Below, one piece after another: positions 11,452 to 23,411 of a stretch of 64,000 bases of DNA. The number at the start of each line of letters is the position of its first letter. Positions within the stretch are counted from its first letter, which is position 1. The stretch is from Macrostomum lignano. Lineage: Eukaryota. The notes beneath the pieces are model-generated. The model did no database searches. It was given only the letters and a program-made list of their open reading frames with translations, and was not told the origin of the DNA. The stretch lies in NCBI GenBank assembly GCA_002269645.1, contig NIVC01002244.1, forward strand, positions 216,033 to 280,032. Direction: 5' to 3'. A program made the position numbers and the translations under genes.

Positions 11452-14400
11452 AAGTTGCACTCCCTGACACCAATGTGTTGCAGTCCCTGACACCAATGTG
11501 TTGCAGTCCCTGACATCAATGTGTTGCAGTCCCTGACACCAATGTGTTGCAGTCCCTGACACCAATGTGTTGCAGTCCCTGACATCAATGTGTTGCAGTC
11601 CCTGACACCAATGTGTTGCAGTCCCCGACTCCAATGTGTTGCATTTCCTGACACCAATGTGTTGCAGTCCCTGACATCAATGTGTTGCATTTCCTGACAC
11701 CCATGTGTTGCAGTCCCTGACACCCATGTGTTGCAGTCCCTGACACCCATGTGTTGCACTCCCTGACACAAATATGTTGCAGTCCCCGACTCCAATGTGT
11801 TGCATTTCCTGACACCAATGTGTTGCAGTCCCCGACTCCAATGTGTTGCGGTCCCTGACACCAATGTGTTGCACACCCTGACACCAATGTGTTGCGGTCC
11901 CTGACACCAATGTGTTGCACTCCCTGACACCAATGTGTTGCGGTCCCTGACACCAATGTGTTGCAGTCCCTGACACCAATGTGTTGCAGTCCCCGACTCC
12001 AATGTGTTGCATTTCCTGACACCAATGTGTTGCAGTCCCTGACACCAATGTGTTGCATTTCCTGACACCAATGTGTTGCAGTCCCTGACACCAATGTGTT
12101 GCATTCCCTGACACCAATGTGTTGCATTTCCTGACACCAATGTGTTGCAGTCCCTGACACCAATGTGTTGCAGTCCCTGACACCAATGTGTTGCAGTCCC
12201 TGACACTAATATGTTGCATTCCCTGAACTCAATGTGTTGCATTTCCTGACACCAATGTGTTGCAGTCCCCGACTCCAATGTGTTGCATTTCCTGACACCA
12301 ATGTGTTGCAGTCCCTGACACAAATGTGTTGCAGTCCCCGACTCCAATGTGTTGCAGTCCCTGACACCAATGTGTTGCAGTCCCTGACACCAATGTGTTG
12401 CATTCCCTGACACCAATGTGTTGCAGTCCCTGACACCAATGTGTTGCAGTCCCTGACACCAATGTGTTGCACTTCCTGACACCAATGTGTTGCAGTCCCT
12501 GACACCAATGTGTTGCAGTCCCTGACACCAATGTGTTGCACTCCCTGACACCAATGTGTTGCGGTCCCTGACACCAATGTGTTGCGGTCCCTGACACCAA
12601 TATGTTGCGGTCCCTGACATCAATGTGTTGCGGTCCCTGACACCAATGTGTTGCGGTCCCTGACACCAATGTGTTGCGGTCCCTGACACCAATGTGTTGC
12701 TGTCCCTGACACCAATGTGTTGCGATCCCTGACACCAATGTGTTGCACTCCCTGACACCAATGTGTTGCGGTCCCTGACACCAATGTGTTGCATTCCCTG
12801 ACACCAATGTGTTGCGGTCCCTGACATCAATGTGTTGCGGTCCCTGACACCAATGTGTTGCGGTCCCTGACACCAATATGTTGCGATCCCTGACACCAAT
12901 GTGTTGCGGTCCCTGACACCAATGTGTTGCATTCCCTGACACCAATGTGTTGCGGTCCCTGACATCAATGTGTTGCGGTCCCTGACACCAATGTGTTGCG
13001 GTCCCTGACACCAATATGTTGCGATCCCTGACACCAATGTGTTGCACTCCCTGACACCAATGTGTTGCATTCCCTGACACCAATGTGTTGCGGTCCCTGA
13101 CATCAATGTGTTGCGGTCCCTGACACCAATGTGTTGCACTCCCTGACACCAATGTGTTGCGGTCCCTGACACCAATGTGTTGCGATCCCTGACACCAATG
13201 TGTTGCGGTCCCTGACACCAATGTGTTGCGGTCCCTGACACCAATGTGTTGCGGTCCCTGACACCAATGTGTTGCGATCCCTGACACCAATATGTTGCAT
13301 TTCCTGACACCAATGTGTTGCGGTCCCTGACACCAATGTGTTGCATTCCCCGACACCAATGTGTTGCGGTCCCTGACACCAATGTGTTGCATTCCCTGAC
13401 ACCAATGTGTTGCGGTCCCTGACACCAAAGTGTTGCATTCCCTGACACCAATGTGTTGCGGTCCCTGACATCAATGTGTTGCAGTCCCCGACTCCAATGT
13501 GTTGCAGTCCCTGGCACCAATGTGTTGCACTCCCTGACTCCAATGTGTTGCACTCCCTGACACTAATGTGTTGCACTCCCCGACTCCAATGTGTTGCTGT
13601 CCCTGACACCAATGTGTTGCAGTCCCTGACACCAATGTGTTGCAGTCCCTGACATCAATGTGTTGCATTTCCTGACACCAATGTGTTGCAGTCCCTGACA
13701 CCAATGTGTTGCATTTCCTGACACCAATGTGTTGCAGTCCCCGACTCCAATGTGTTGCATTTCCTGACACCAATGTGTTGCAGTCCCTGACACCAATGTG
13801 TTGCAGTCCCCGACTCCAATGTGTTGCAGTCCCTGACACCAATGTGTTGCAGTCCCTGACACCAATGTGTTGCATTCCCTGACACCAATGTGTTGCAGTC
13901 CCTGACACCAATGTGTTGCAGTCCCTGACACCAATGTGTTGCATTCCCTGACACCAATGTGTTGCAGTCCCTGACACCAATGTGTTGCAGTCCCTGACAC
14001 CAATGTGTTGCACTCCCTGACACCAATGTGTTGCATTTCCTGACACCAATGTGTTGCAGTCCCCGACTCCAATGTGTTGCATTTCCTGACACCAATGTGT
14101 TGCGGTCCCTGACACCAATGTGTTGCATTTCCTGACACCAATGTGTTGCAGTCCCCGACTCCAATGTGTTGCAGACCCTGACACCAATGTGTTGCGGTCC
14201 CTGACACCAATGTGTTGCGGTCCCTGACACCAATGTGTTGCGGTCCCTGACACCAATGTGTTGCAATCCCTGACACCAATGTGTTGCATTTCCTGACACC
14301 AATGTGTTGCATTCCCTGACACCAATGTGTTGCGGTCCCTGACTTCAATGTGTTGCGGTCCCTGACACCAATGTGTTGCGGTCCCTGACACCAATGTGTT

Positions 14401-15765
14401 GCGGTCCCTGACACCAATGTGTTGCGGTCCCTGACACCAATGTGTTGCGGTCCCTGACACCAATATGTTGCGGTCCCTGACACCAATGTGTTGCGGTCCC
14501 TGACACCAATGTGTTGCGGTCCCTGACACCAATGTGTTGCGGTCCCTGACACCAATATGTTGCGGTCCCTGACATCAATGTGTTGCGGTCCCTGACACCA
14601 ATGTGTTGCGGTCCCAGACATCAATGTGTTGCGGTCCCTGACACCAATGTGTTGCACTCCCTGACACCAATGTGTTGCGGTCCCTGACACCAATGTGTTG
14701 CGATCCCTGACACCAATGTGTTGCGGTCCCTGACACCAATGTGTTGCGGTCCCTGACACCAATGTGTTGCTGTCCCTGACACCAATGTGTTGCGATCCCT
14801 GACACCAATGTGTTGCACTCCCTGACACCAATGTGTTGCGGTCCCTGACACCAATGTGTTGCATTCCCTGACACCAATGTGTTGCGGTCCCTGACACCAA
14901 TGTGTTGCATTCCCTGACACCAATGTGTTGCGGTCCCTGACATCAATGTGTTGCGGTCCCTGACACCAATGTGTTGCATTCCCTGACACCAATATGTTGC
15001 GATCCCTGACACCAATGTGTTGCACTCCCTGACACCAATGTGTTGCATTCCCTGACACCAATGTGTTGCGGTCCCTGACATCAATGTGTTGCGGTCCCTG
15101 ACACCAATGTGTTGCACTCCCTGACACCAATGTGTTGCGGTCCCTGACACCAATGTGTTGCGATCCCTGACACCAATGTGTTGCGGTCCCTGACACCAAT
15201 GTGTTGCGGTCCCTGACACCAATGTGTTGCGGTCCCTGACACCAATGTGTTGCGATCCCTGACACCAATATGTTGCAGTCCCTGACACCAATGTGTTGCG
15301 GTCCCTGACACCAATGTGTTGCATTCCCTGACACCAATGTGTTGCGGTCCCTGACACCAATGTGTTGCATTCCCTGACACCAATGTGTTGCGGTCCCTGA
15401 CACCAATGTGTTGCATTCCCTGACACCAATGTGTTGCGGTCCCTGACATCAATGTGTTGCAGTCCCCGACTCCAATGTGTTGCAGTCCCTGGCACTAATG
15501 TGTTGCACTCCCCGACTCCAATGTGTTGCACTCCCTGACACTAATGTGTTGCACTCCCCGACTCCAATGTGTTGCACTCCCCGACTCCAATGTGTTGCTG
15601 TCCCTGACACCAATGTGTTGCAGTCCCTGACACCAATGTGTTGCAGTCCCTGACATCAATGTGTTGCATTCCCTGACAGCAATTTGTTGCACTCCCCGAC
15701 ACCAATGTGTTGCACTCCCTGCCACTAGTGTGTTGCACTCCCAGACACCAATGTGTTGCGGTCGA
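11452..15765. repeat. 4.3-kb 23-bp satellite between the two K2P genes
   Basis: Unit CCCTGACACCAATGTGTTGCRGT, roughly 185 copies, with a higher-order duplication of 1978 bp (86 units). Confidence 0.97.
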
Positions 15766-15981
15766 TGACAGCAGTTTTATCGGCATTCAAATTTGGAGCA
15801 TCAAAACATTAGGATGACTGCACAAACAACTGACACAGTAAACAGTACTACAATTAGTAGTTGCATTTGTTATCAAGTCTCGCTAAACTTTCCTAAGCCG
15901 CGCTGCTACTCGTCGCATTCTCGTTGTCGTACATGATGTGCCTGCCGCTGATGAGCTGACGTCTCGGCGGCTGCGGGACAG

Positions 15982-18900
15982 TCAGCTGCTGATGACGCTG
16001 ATGTTGACCACGCCGAGAGGAGCGGCTCGCGGCGCTGCTGTTTCTCGATTGAGCAACTGCCCGATGGTCGCCCTCGAATCGGCGCTGCTGCACGATGACG
16101 AGTCACTGTCCGTTGATGACTCGTCGTCGCTTTCATCGTCGCTTGGCTGTTCGACGCGTTTCACCATGCCGAGTTTGAGTCCGATCCAGTGGAACTTGGC
16201 TGATATCTCGTCCTGGATGAGGTTGATACACATTGACAGGACCGTCAGACCGAAGAAGCAGTACAGGGCTCCGACTAGAAGCTCGGTGATCACCGTCATC
16301 TGCCGGTGGAGTGAATCAGGGAAGTTCAGTAGAAGAGTTTCCACTCTTTTCCGGATCAGCTGAAGTACTCTCGTACAATGTATGTTTCTGACCTTATCAG
16401 TAATCTCCCTAAAGCCTGGAATACACGACGATTACACTACCAACAGGCTGGGAAAAAGATGCTCACACTATTGAACGGGCCGTCTTTTCCTGGCACGTAG
16501 TCGCCAAAACCAATTGTGCTCAGCGTGATAAACGAGAAATAGGTGCCTTCGATCAAGGTCCATTTCTCCCAGATGCGGAACACGGCCGCACCCAGTAGAA
16601 TGTAGAGAATGAGCAGCAAAATAGTCACGCTGATGGGAATGTTCACGATGTCTTCTTCTTCGTCATCTTCTTCGTCATCCTCTTCAACTACAACCAGATC
16701 CTTCACCTGTTTGAATGCCAATCGAGTATTGGTTGCTCTGTGAAGAATTCCTTGAGAAAAACCGTATCTTTGACCTTGAGATAGACCCGTCTTTTTGACC
16801 TTAAGGAAACCCAACTCTTTGACCTTGAGATTGAACCATCTCTTTGACCTTAAGATAAGCCCATATCTTTGACCTTGAGGAAACCCGTCTGTTTGTCCTT
16901 GAGAAACCCGTCTTTTTGACAATAAGTAAGCTCATATCTTTGAATTTGATAAAACACCTTTTTAACCTCGTGCTGTCTGATATCGCTGCAATATTTCCAC
17001 CCAAACGTTTTGCTTGTGTTGCTAAAACCTCCAATTAGTGCGCATAGCGACTAAAAGGATGTGAAGAATGGCCTTCATAGTGAGTTATTGTGCTTGGAAG
17101 CTAACTGTTTTGCTTGATGGTAGTATTATACTGTTTCCCAGCAAAACAAAAATCAATGAACCAAGAAGCACTGGCTGAGAAGTATGAATAATTCAACAGA
17201 AAATTTAGCAAGTCAATCACGACCACCTTAGCTGGTGGCATCTTGCCGCTCTCGTCAGCCGTTGTCCAAGAAGATTGCTGCCTCTGCTGCTCCCGAATCG
17301 ATTCTTCTACGGCCTTCTCTTCCGGGCACTTTCGTTTAATGAAACACTTGCAACAGCAGATGTTCAGGTAGAAGGCTTTGAACAGCATAGCGGTTGGTTC
17401 GCCAATCTTTGTTAGAAAGAGCAGCATGAGTGGAATGCCTAAGATGGCGTAGATCATGCACACGATCTGGCCCCAGGATGTTCCTGGCGCGATGTGACCG
17501 TAGCCTTGAATTGCGGTGCATAGAGAAGGTTAATATTGTGAGCATTATTTTCATGAATAAGTTTTAACTTGTACTCTCCTGTCAACTTGGTGATAGACAA
17601 GAAGCTACTGACAAACTATTGCTGAAGCTACTGACAAAGCATTGTTGAAGCTACTGACAAGCCATTGTTGAAGCTACTGACAAAGCATTGTTGAAGCTAC
17701 TGACAAGCCATTGTTGAAGCTACTGACAAGCCATTGTTGAAGCTACTGACAAGCCATTGTTGAAGCTACTGACAAGCCATTGTTGAAGCTACTGACAAAT
17801 GATTGTTGAAGCTACTAACAAATCATTGTTGAAGCTACTAACAAATCATTGTTGAAGCTACTAACAAATCATTGTTGAAGCTACTAACAAATCATTGTTG
17901 AAGCTACTGACAAGCCATTGTTGAAGCTACTGACAAGCCATTGTTGAAGCTACTGACAAATGATTGTTGAAGCTACTAACAAATCATTGTTGAAGCTACT
18001 AACAAATCATTGTTGAAGCTACTAACAAATCATTGTTGAAGCTACTAACAAATCATTGTTGAAGCTACTAACAAATCATTGTTGAATCTACTAACAAATC
18101 ATTGTTGAAGCTACTAACAAATAATTGTTGAAGCTACTGACAAATCATTGTTGAAACTACTGACAAAGCATTGTTGAAACTACTGACAAATCATTGTTGA
18201 AGCTACTGACAAGCCATTGTTGAAGCTACTGACAAATCATTGTTGAAGCTACTGACAAAGCATTGTTGAAGCTACTGACAAAGCATTGTTGAAGCTACTG
18301 ACAAAGCATTGTTGAAGCTACTGACAAATCATTGTTGAAGCTACTGACAAATCATTGTTGAAGCTACTGACAAATCATTGTTGAAGCTACTGACAAATGA
18401 TTGTTGAAGCTACTGACAAACCAATGCCCCTCACTCACCAATAGTAGTGATCACAGTCACGCAGAAGTAGGCTGCATTAGCGAAATTCCAATAGGGAATA
18501 TTGTCGCCCTGCCCCAGCGTAGAGCAGTTCAGCCGCGGGTCCATGCTCAGGGTGTAAATGTCCTTAGCAAAGTCGCTGATTTCAGTAAATATGCTGGCTT
18601 TAGCTGCAACCGCGTTCTTGCCATTCTGAGCCATATTGTAGATCCGATCAACCGCTTCGTTTCTTTTTGACAAGTACTTGTCGTACTTTGTCTGACAGCT
18701 TGACACCTCGTTTTCAACTTCAAGGTATTGGAATAGAAAGCCGCCCATGACCACGTAGAAGATGACGATGACAAAGGTGCCCAGCTGGGACAGCATGATG
18801 GAGCCGAAGCGCTTGCAGCATTTGCGGCATTTGCTCTGACTCGCTGCGTCCTGAGCTTTCGCTGAGCTGTCGGGCGCTCCGTTGTGCTTCACCACCGCCG

Positions 18901-19069
18901 CGGTGTCCGTCTCCACGACGAAGCCGCGAAAGCCCCAAACGCCGCCAGCGTGATGGAATCGGCTGGTGCTGACCGCGGCAGACTTTAGCGGCGGCTGACG
19001 CTGCGCTGTGGACTTCGCCTGGTAGCTGCCGTCGAACATGTCAGCCTCGAAGCCACCGTTTGAGTACAT
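15982..19069 (-). CDS. Two-pore-domain potassium channel (K2P/TWK family), paralog 2, ~488 aa, 4 coding exons
   Basis: Exons complement(18439-19069, 17227-17504, 16467-16706, 15982-16299), with the same intron positions and phases as paralog 1. TTIG|YG and STIGFGD filters present. The start MYSNGGFEA aligns to MWDNQGFEA of paralog 1. An in-frame upstream ATG exists at 19126. Confidence 0.92.
16760..16925. repeat. Degenerate tandem repeat in K2P-2 intron 2
   Basis: Repeated TCTTTGACCTTGAG-like motifs. Confidence 0.7.
17601..18420. repeat. 23-bp minisatellite in K2P-2 intron 1
   Basis: Unit GAAGCTACTGACAAATCATTGTT, ~35 copies, starting ~18 nt from the donor. Confidence 0.95.
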
Positions 19070-19162
19070 CGCTGCTGCAGTGATTGAGCATTGTTGGAAT
19101 AAACTCTGTGCGTTCTCGAATGCCATAGGTGATTGGACAATTATTGGGGATATGAATGATAC

Positions 19163-19730
19163 TTCTCAATCCTACAGGTGACGTCTTTCAATCCTACAGG
19201 TGAAGTCTCTCAATCCTACAAGTGAACGTCTCTCAATCCTACAGGTGAAGTCTCTCAATCCCACAGGTGACGTCTCTTAATCCTACAGGTGACGTTTCTC
19301 AATCCTACAGGTGACGTTTCTCAATCCTACAGGTGACGTCTCTCAATCCTACAGGTGACGTCTCTCAATCCTACAGGTGACGTTTCTCAATCCTACAGGT
19401 GACGTTTCTCAATCCTACAGGTGACACACCTCAATCCTACAGGTGACACTCCAATACTACAGGTGAAGTCTCTCAATCCTACAGATGACGTTTCTCAATC
19501 CTACAGATGACGTCTCTCATCCTACAGGTGATGTCTGTCAATCAATCCTACAGGTGACGTTTCTCAATCCTACAGGTGACGTCTCTCAATCCTACAGGTG
19601 ACGTTTCTCAATCCTACAGGTGACGTTTCTCAATCCTATAGGTGACGTTTCTCAATCCTACAGGTGACGTTTCTCAATCCTACAGGTGACGTCTCCCAAT
19701 CCTACAGGTGACGCCTCTCAATACTACAGA
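19163..19730. repeat. 22-bp minisatellite upstream of the K2P-2 start, probably in a 5'UTR intron
   Basis: Unit CTCAATCCTACAGGTGACGTYT, ~25 copies. Confidence 0.93.
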
Positions 19731-20676
19731 TGCCACGTTTTATTCTATACTGTACACATAGGTAATGCCTCTTAATCATAGAGAACGGTTCACTTTTCAA
19801 TCACACAAAGGTTCGTTAGTAGCTAGTGTTTTCTACCTGGTTGAATAACAGAGACATTCGCATTTACCTTTTCAAGTTTTTATCCAGAATTTCCGATCAA
19901 CGTTGCGTTGCAAATTTAAACAACTAATTTCAGTTCCTTATAAGTGTAAGACTCAATTCAGTCCAGCTCGTTAAATCTGAGATGTCCGTAAATTTTCAAG
20001 ATATAGATACAGGTAGCTGCATTGTATATACTCCTTCGATAGTCAAACAAAAAACTGAATCGGTTTTGGCTCCAATGAAATTCGCACACGATGAAGGCTG
20101 CTTGGTTGCTAAAGATTCTATTGGCTACAAGCTGAGGAGGGCTACATATGGCTTTTGGACGTTTAACTGGCTTAGTATTCACGTACGTGTGTATTTAGTT
20201 TGCGACGTACGAGCTAGGCTGCATGCCCAAGTTGGTATAGAAGGATGCAGGCCCCACAGTTTGGTGAGCAAACACGAGGGGAAGCATACACGATTTCTGG
20301 GTGTGGGAGAGCGAGGTAAAGGGAGTTGAGAACACAACTCTATGGAAATTGGGAAGCTGCGGATGGCGTGCGCCCCGCTAGTTTTCTTTTTTCCCTTTCT
20401 ACCAGGTAGTTTGCTGGAGTCTGCAGGAGTGGGAAAAGCGAAAAGATCCGCATGGCGCATGCGTCCCATAGCAACCAGTAAGCCGGAAAAGCGCTTTGTC
20501 ATTAGCAACGCATACACAGAGGCGGCCTGGAACTGGCTGCTGGAAAAATAACCCCACTGCAAACAGTGGTTGTGCAGCTACAGCTCAGGACATGAGGTAG
20601 CTTTAGCCTCAGCTCTCCGGCCAAACAGAAAGCAGCAGATCCGTGTGTTTGTGCTCGTTCTACCTCCTTTACCCTG

Positions 20677-20927
<251 letters not shown>

Positions 20928-21503
20928 GAGGGTTTACTAAGGGTTTAGCTGGATCTACTATATCTTAACCCTTAACCTGCTAGGTAAACTATACTCCTCT
21001 GTGTTGTATAATTATTTATTTTTGAGATCTAACAACAGTGGCAGGTTCTCTAATCTCAATAAATTAATTTTTGTTTAAGCAGTGTTCACTCCAATAGCTT
21101 GCAGTGTGTCTGACTACCCAGAGGTTATTTGGCCATAGATTTTCTGGTAGATCGGGGGACAAAACCAACAAGAACCCTGAACGGAAAATTCCTTGATTAT
21201 TAAGCAGGGACTCCAGGTGTTGGCAAAGTAATTTTCCGCGCCACCCACAGGCACTCATTTTGGTGCTGCAGGTACTTTTTGAAGGCAATGGTGCTGTGAC
21301 TCGGCCTGATCATGTGCCAACAGCTAGACGATCCCTTCAGCGGACAAGCCTTAAGGATCGCTTCAGTCGGACTTGACTTCAATATATAGCTGAGCGTGAG
21401 ATTGCGTCAAGACACCGAGTCAGTCCATCCCTATACAGTAGTGTACGTAGATCCCACAACTCAAACAACGTTCCTGAAGAGAGCTACATGTAGTATACAT
21501 GTA

Positions 21504-22221
21504 CCTTTTTGCGATCTAGTTTGCCAAAACTGTGCCAATCAATTTTGCCCGCGGAAAAATATCACTTATTATTTTGCTGTCTAGGCCAAGTCTGCTCAGT
21601 CGATCATGACCAGAGTTTCAGCCACAGACAACTCCGAAAACTGCAATCAATTTTGCCAAAACTGCGACCTAGTTTGCCCAATAGCAAGCCAAGAAGAATT
21701 TTTATTAAGAATCAATTCGGAAGTGTGACGAAATAAACTGTAACAGTGAACAATAAACAGCGAGTTTATAATGGTAGACGTAGGCACAAATGTTCTCAAT
21801 CATAGCATTGTTAAGGGACCTCCGCTTGGCACCTCCGCTCTATACGACCGGTTGCATTGAATTGTCCAACTATATGTAAGTCACGGTTCTTCGTGAGATG
21901 CCCAACACAGCCTACTGGAATCTTACCAGTCCTCTCCATCCTGATATGCTTGAATCAATCGCTGCCGGTCCTTCGCTGAAATCCCGTTATAAGGTCCACG
22001 CTGGGCCATTCTTTGATCTTGTTATGTATGTCTGTGGTGTTTTCTTTGCTGTGGGCAAACTAGGTCGCAGTTTTGGCAAAATTGATTGCAGTTTTCAGAG
22101 TTGTCTGTGGCTGAAACTCTGGTCATGACTGAGCAGACTTGGCATAGACAGCAAAATTATAAGTGATGTTTTTCCGCGGGCAAAATTGATTGCAGTTTTA
22201 GCAAACTAGATCGCAAAAAGG
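21504..22221. mobile_element. MITE (~720 bp) with ~175-bp terminal inverted repeats and TA target duplication
   Basis: 21504-21680 (CCTTTTTGCGATCTAGTTTGCC...) is the reverse complement of 22052-22221 (...GCAAACTAGATCGCAAAAAGG). TA flanks both sides (21502-3, 22222-3). The core is non-coding. Confidence 0.88.
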
Positions 22222-23411
22222 TACATTACCATGCAAATTAAGCGAAACAAACTCACTGTTAATTTTCTTCGAAGACCGCGGTAGCTATATACTTCACGGT
22301 GCCGGTGGAGCGAGGCAAAGCGGCCGAGTGGTTTCTAATGTTAGTGCGTTTCATGTTGTAAATTGAGTCGTCAAGATATAGGTTCCACAGGTGCGCGATC
22401 TCCCTCGCTCACCCCAACACATATTTTATATTATTTGTCACATCATCCCTCGACACCGCGGCCCAAACTTCTAGGGTTTGAGACTAGGACTCAACTGCTA
22501 TTTCTCGGCCGTCGATTGGTCGGCAAAAGCGCGTACACAACGAATAAACCATAACTGAGGAAAGGGGGGACGCGATCGACGGGCAGTTTTAGCCAATCAT
22601 CACAGAATGCGGATCGTGGACGGTCACAGCTAGGGGGCTGGCGTGTAAAACATCTTAGCATTTAGCAATTGGAGCCACCAGACAAAGCGGGAGATGGTGC
22701 ATGGGCACGTGAGGAAAGGTTCATGGGTGCACCCGAATAGTCGCTTGATCAACAGTGCAAGTGCACGCCGGTACAACAAAAAATAGGCAAAAATTCTTGA
22801 TTTACATGTACCATCTTAATGCAAGTGTCCACCCAACGGCAATGCCCTGTGTTTACCAGCTAGACCCTCATTAACTTATTTGCCCAATAAAATATTAGCA
22901 TTGGCTTTACTGAAATACTTGAGAAAAAAATCAAATCTGTTTGACTTTATACATGTAACTCCGTCTTAAATGTCAATTAAGTTTATAACATTATCATCGC
23001 TAAGGCATTCCTTTTCCGGGTAGTGTTTTTGGGCTTATATTTTTCGTTTTATAGTATGCTGTAGGAGCCGACAAGTGTAGAAAAACGTTGAAAATATAAC
23101 AAATAGAACTTTTTGCGATTTTCAATTTCTATGGATTTACGGGTTTTTAAGCAACCGATGATGACGTAGTTACCGAGATTGTATTCTTTCAAATAGCATA
23201 TTTTCGTAGATTGTAATTTCCGAGTGAACACCAACCAACCACACCGCACTTAGGGCTAGGTCTTGAGGCTGATTAAACTGGTAATAGCCATTCAAGATAT
23301 TATAAAAATTGTAGTAGCAAGATAATTTTTAATACAGTGACTGATTGAGTTTCTGTATCTTTGACTGCAAAACAGTACTTCAAATCTCTTCTCTTGCTCT
23401 GTATTTTCAAG

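Noticed and set aside
11275-15786. Many long ORFs (up to 708 aa, VSGTATHWCQG repeats)
   Set aside because: These are translations of a 23-bp satellite lacking stops on one strand. The 23-aa period equals 3 x 23 bp, and all three frames give the same peptide.
22315-22410. tRNA or tRNA-derived SINE (GGCCGAGTGGTT A-box-like)
   Set aside because: No B box or cloverleaf could be identified.
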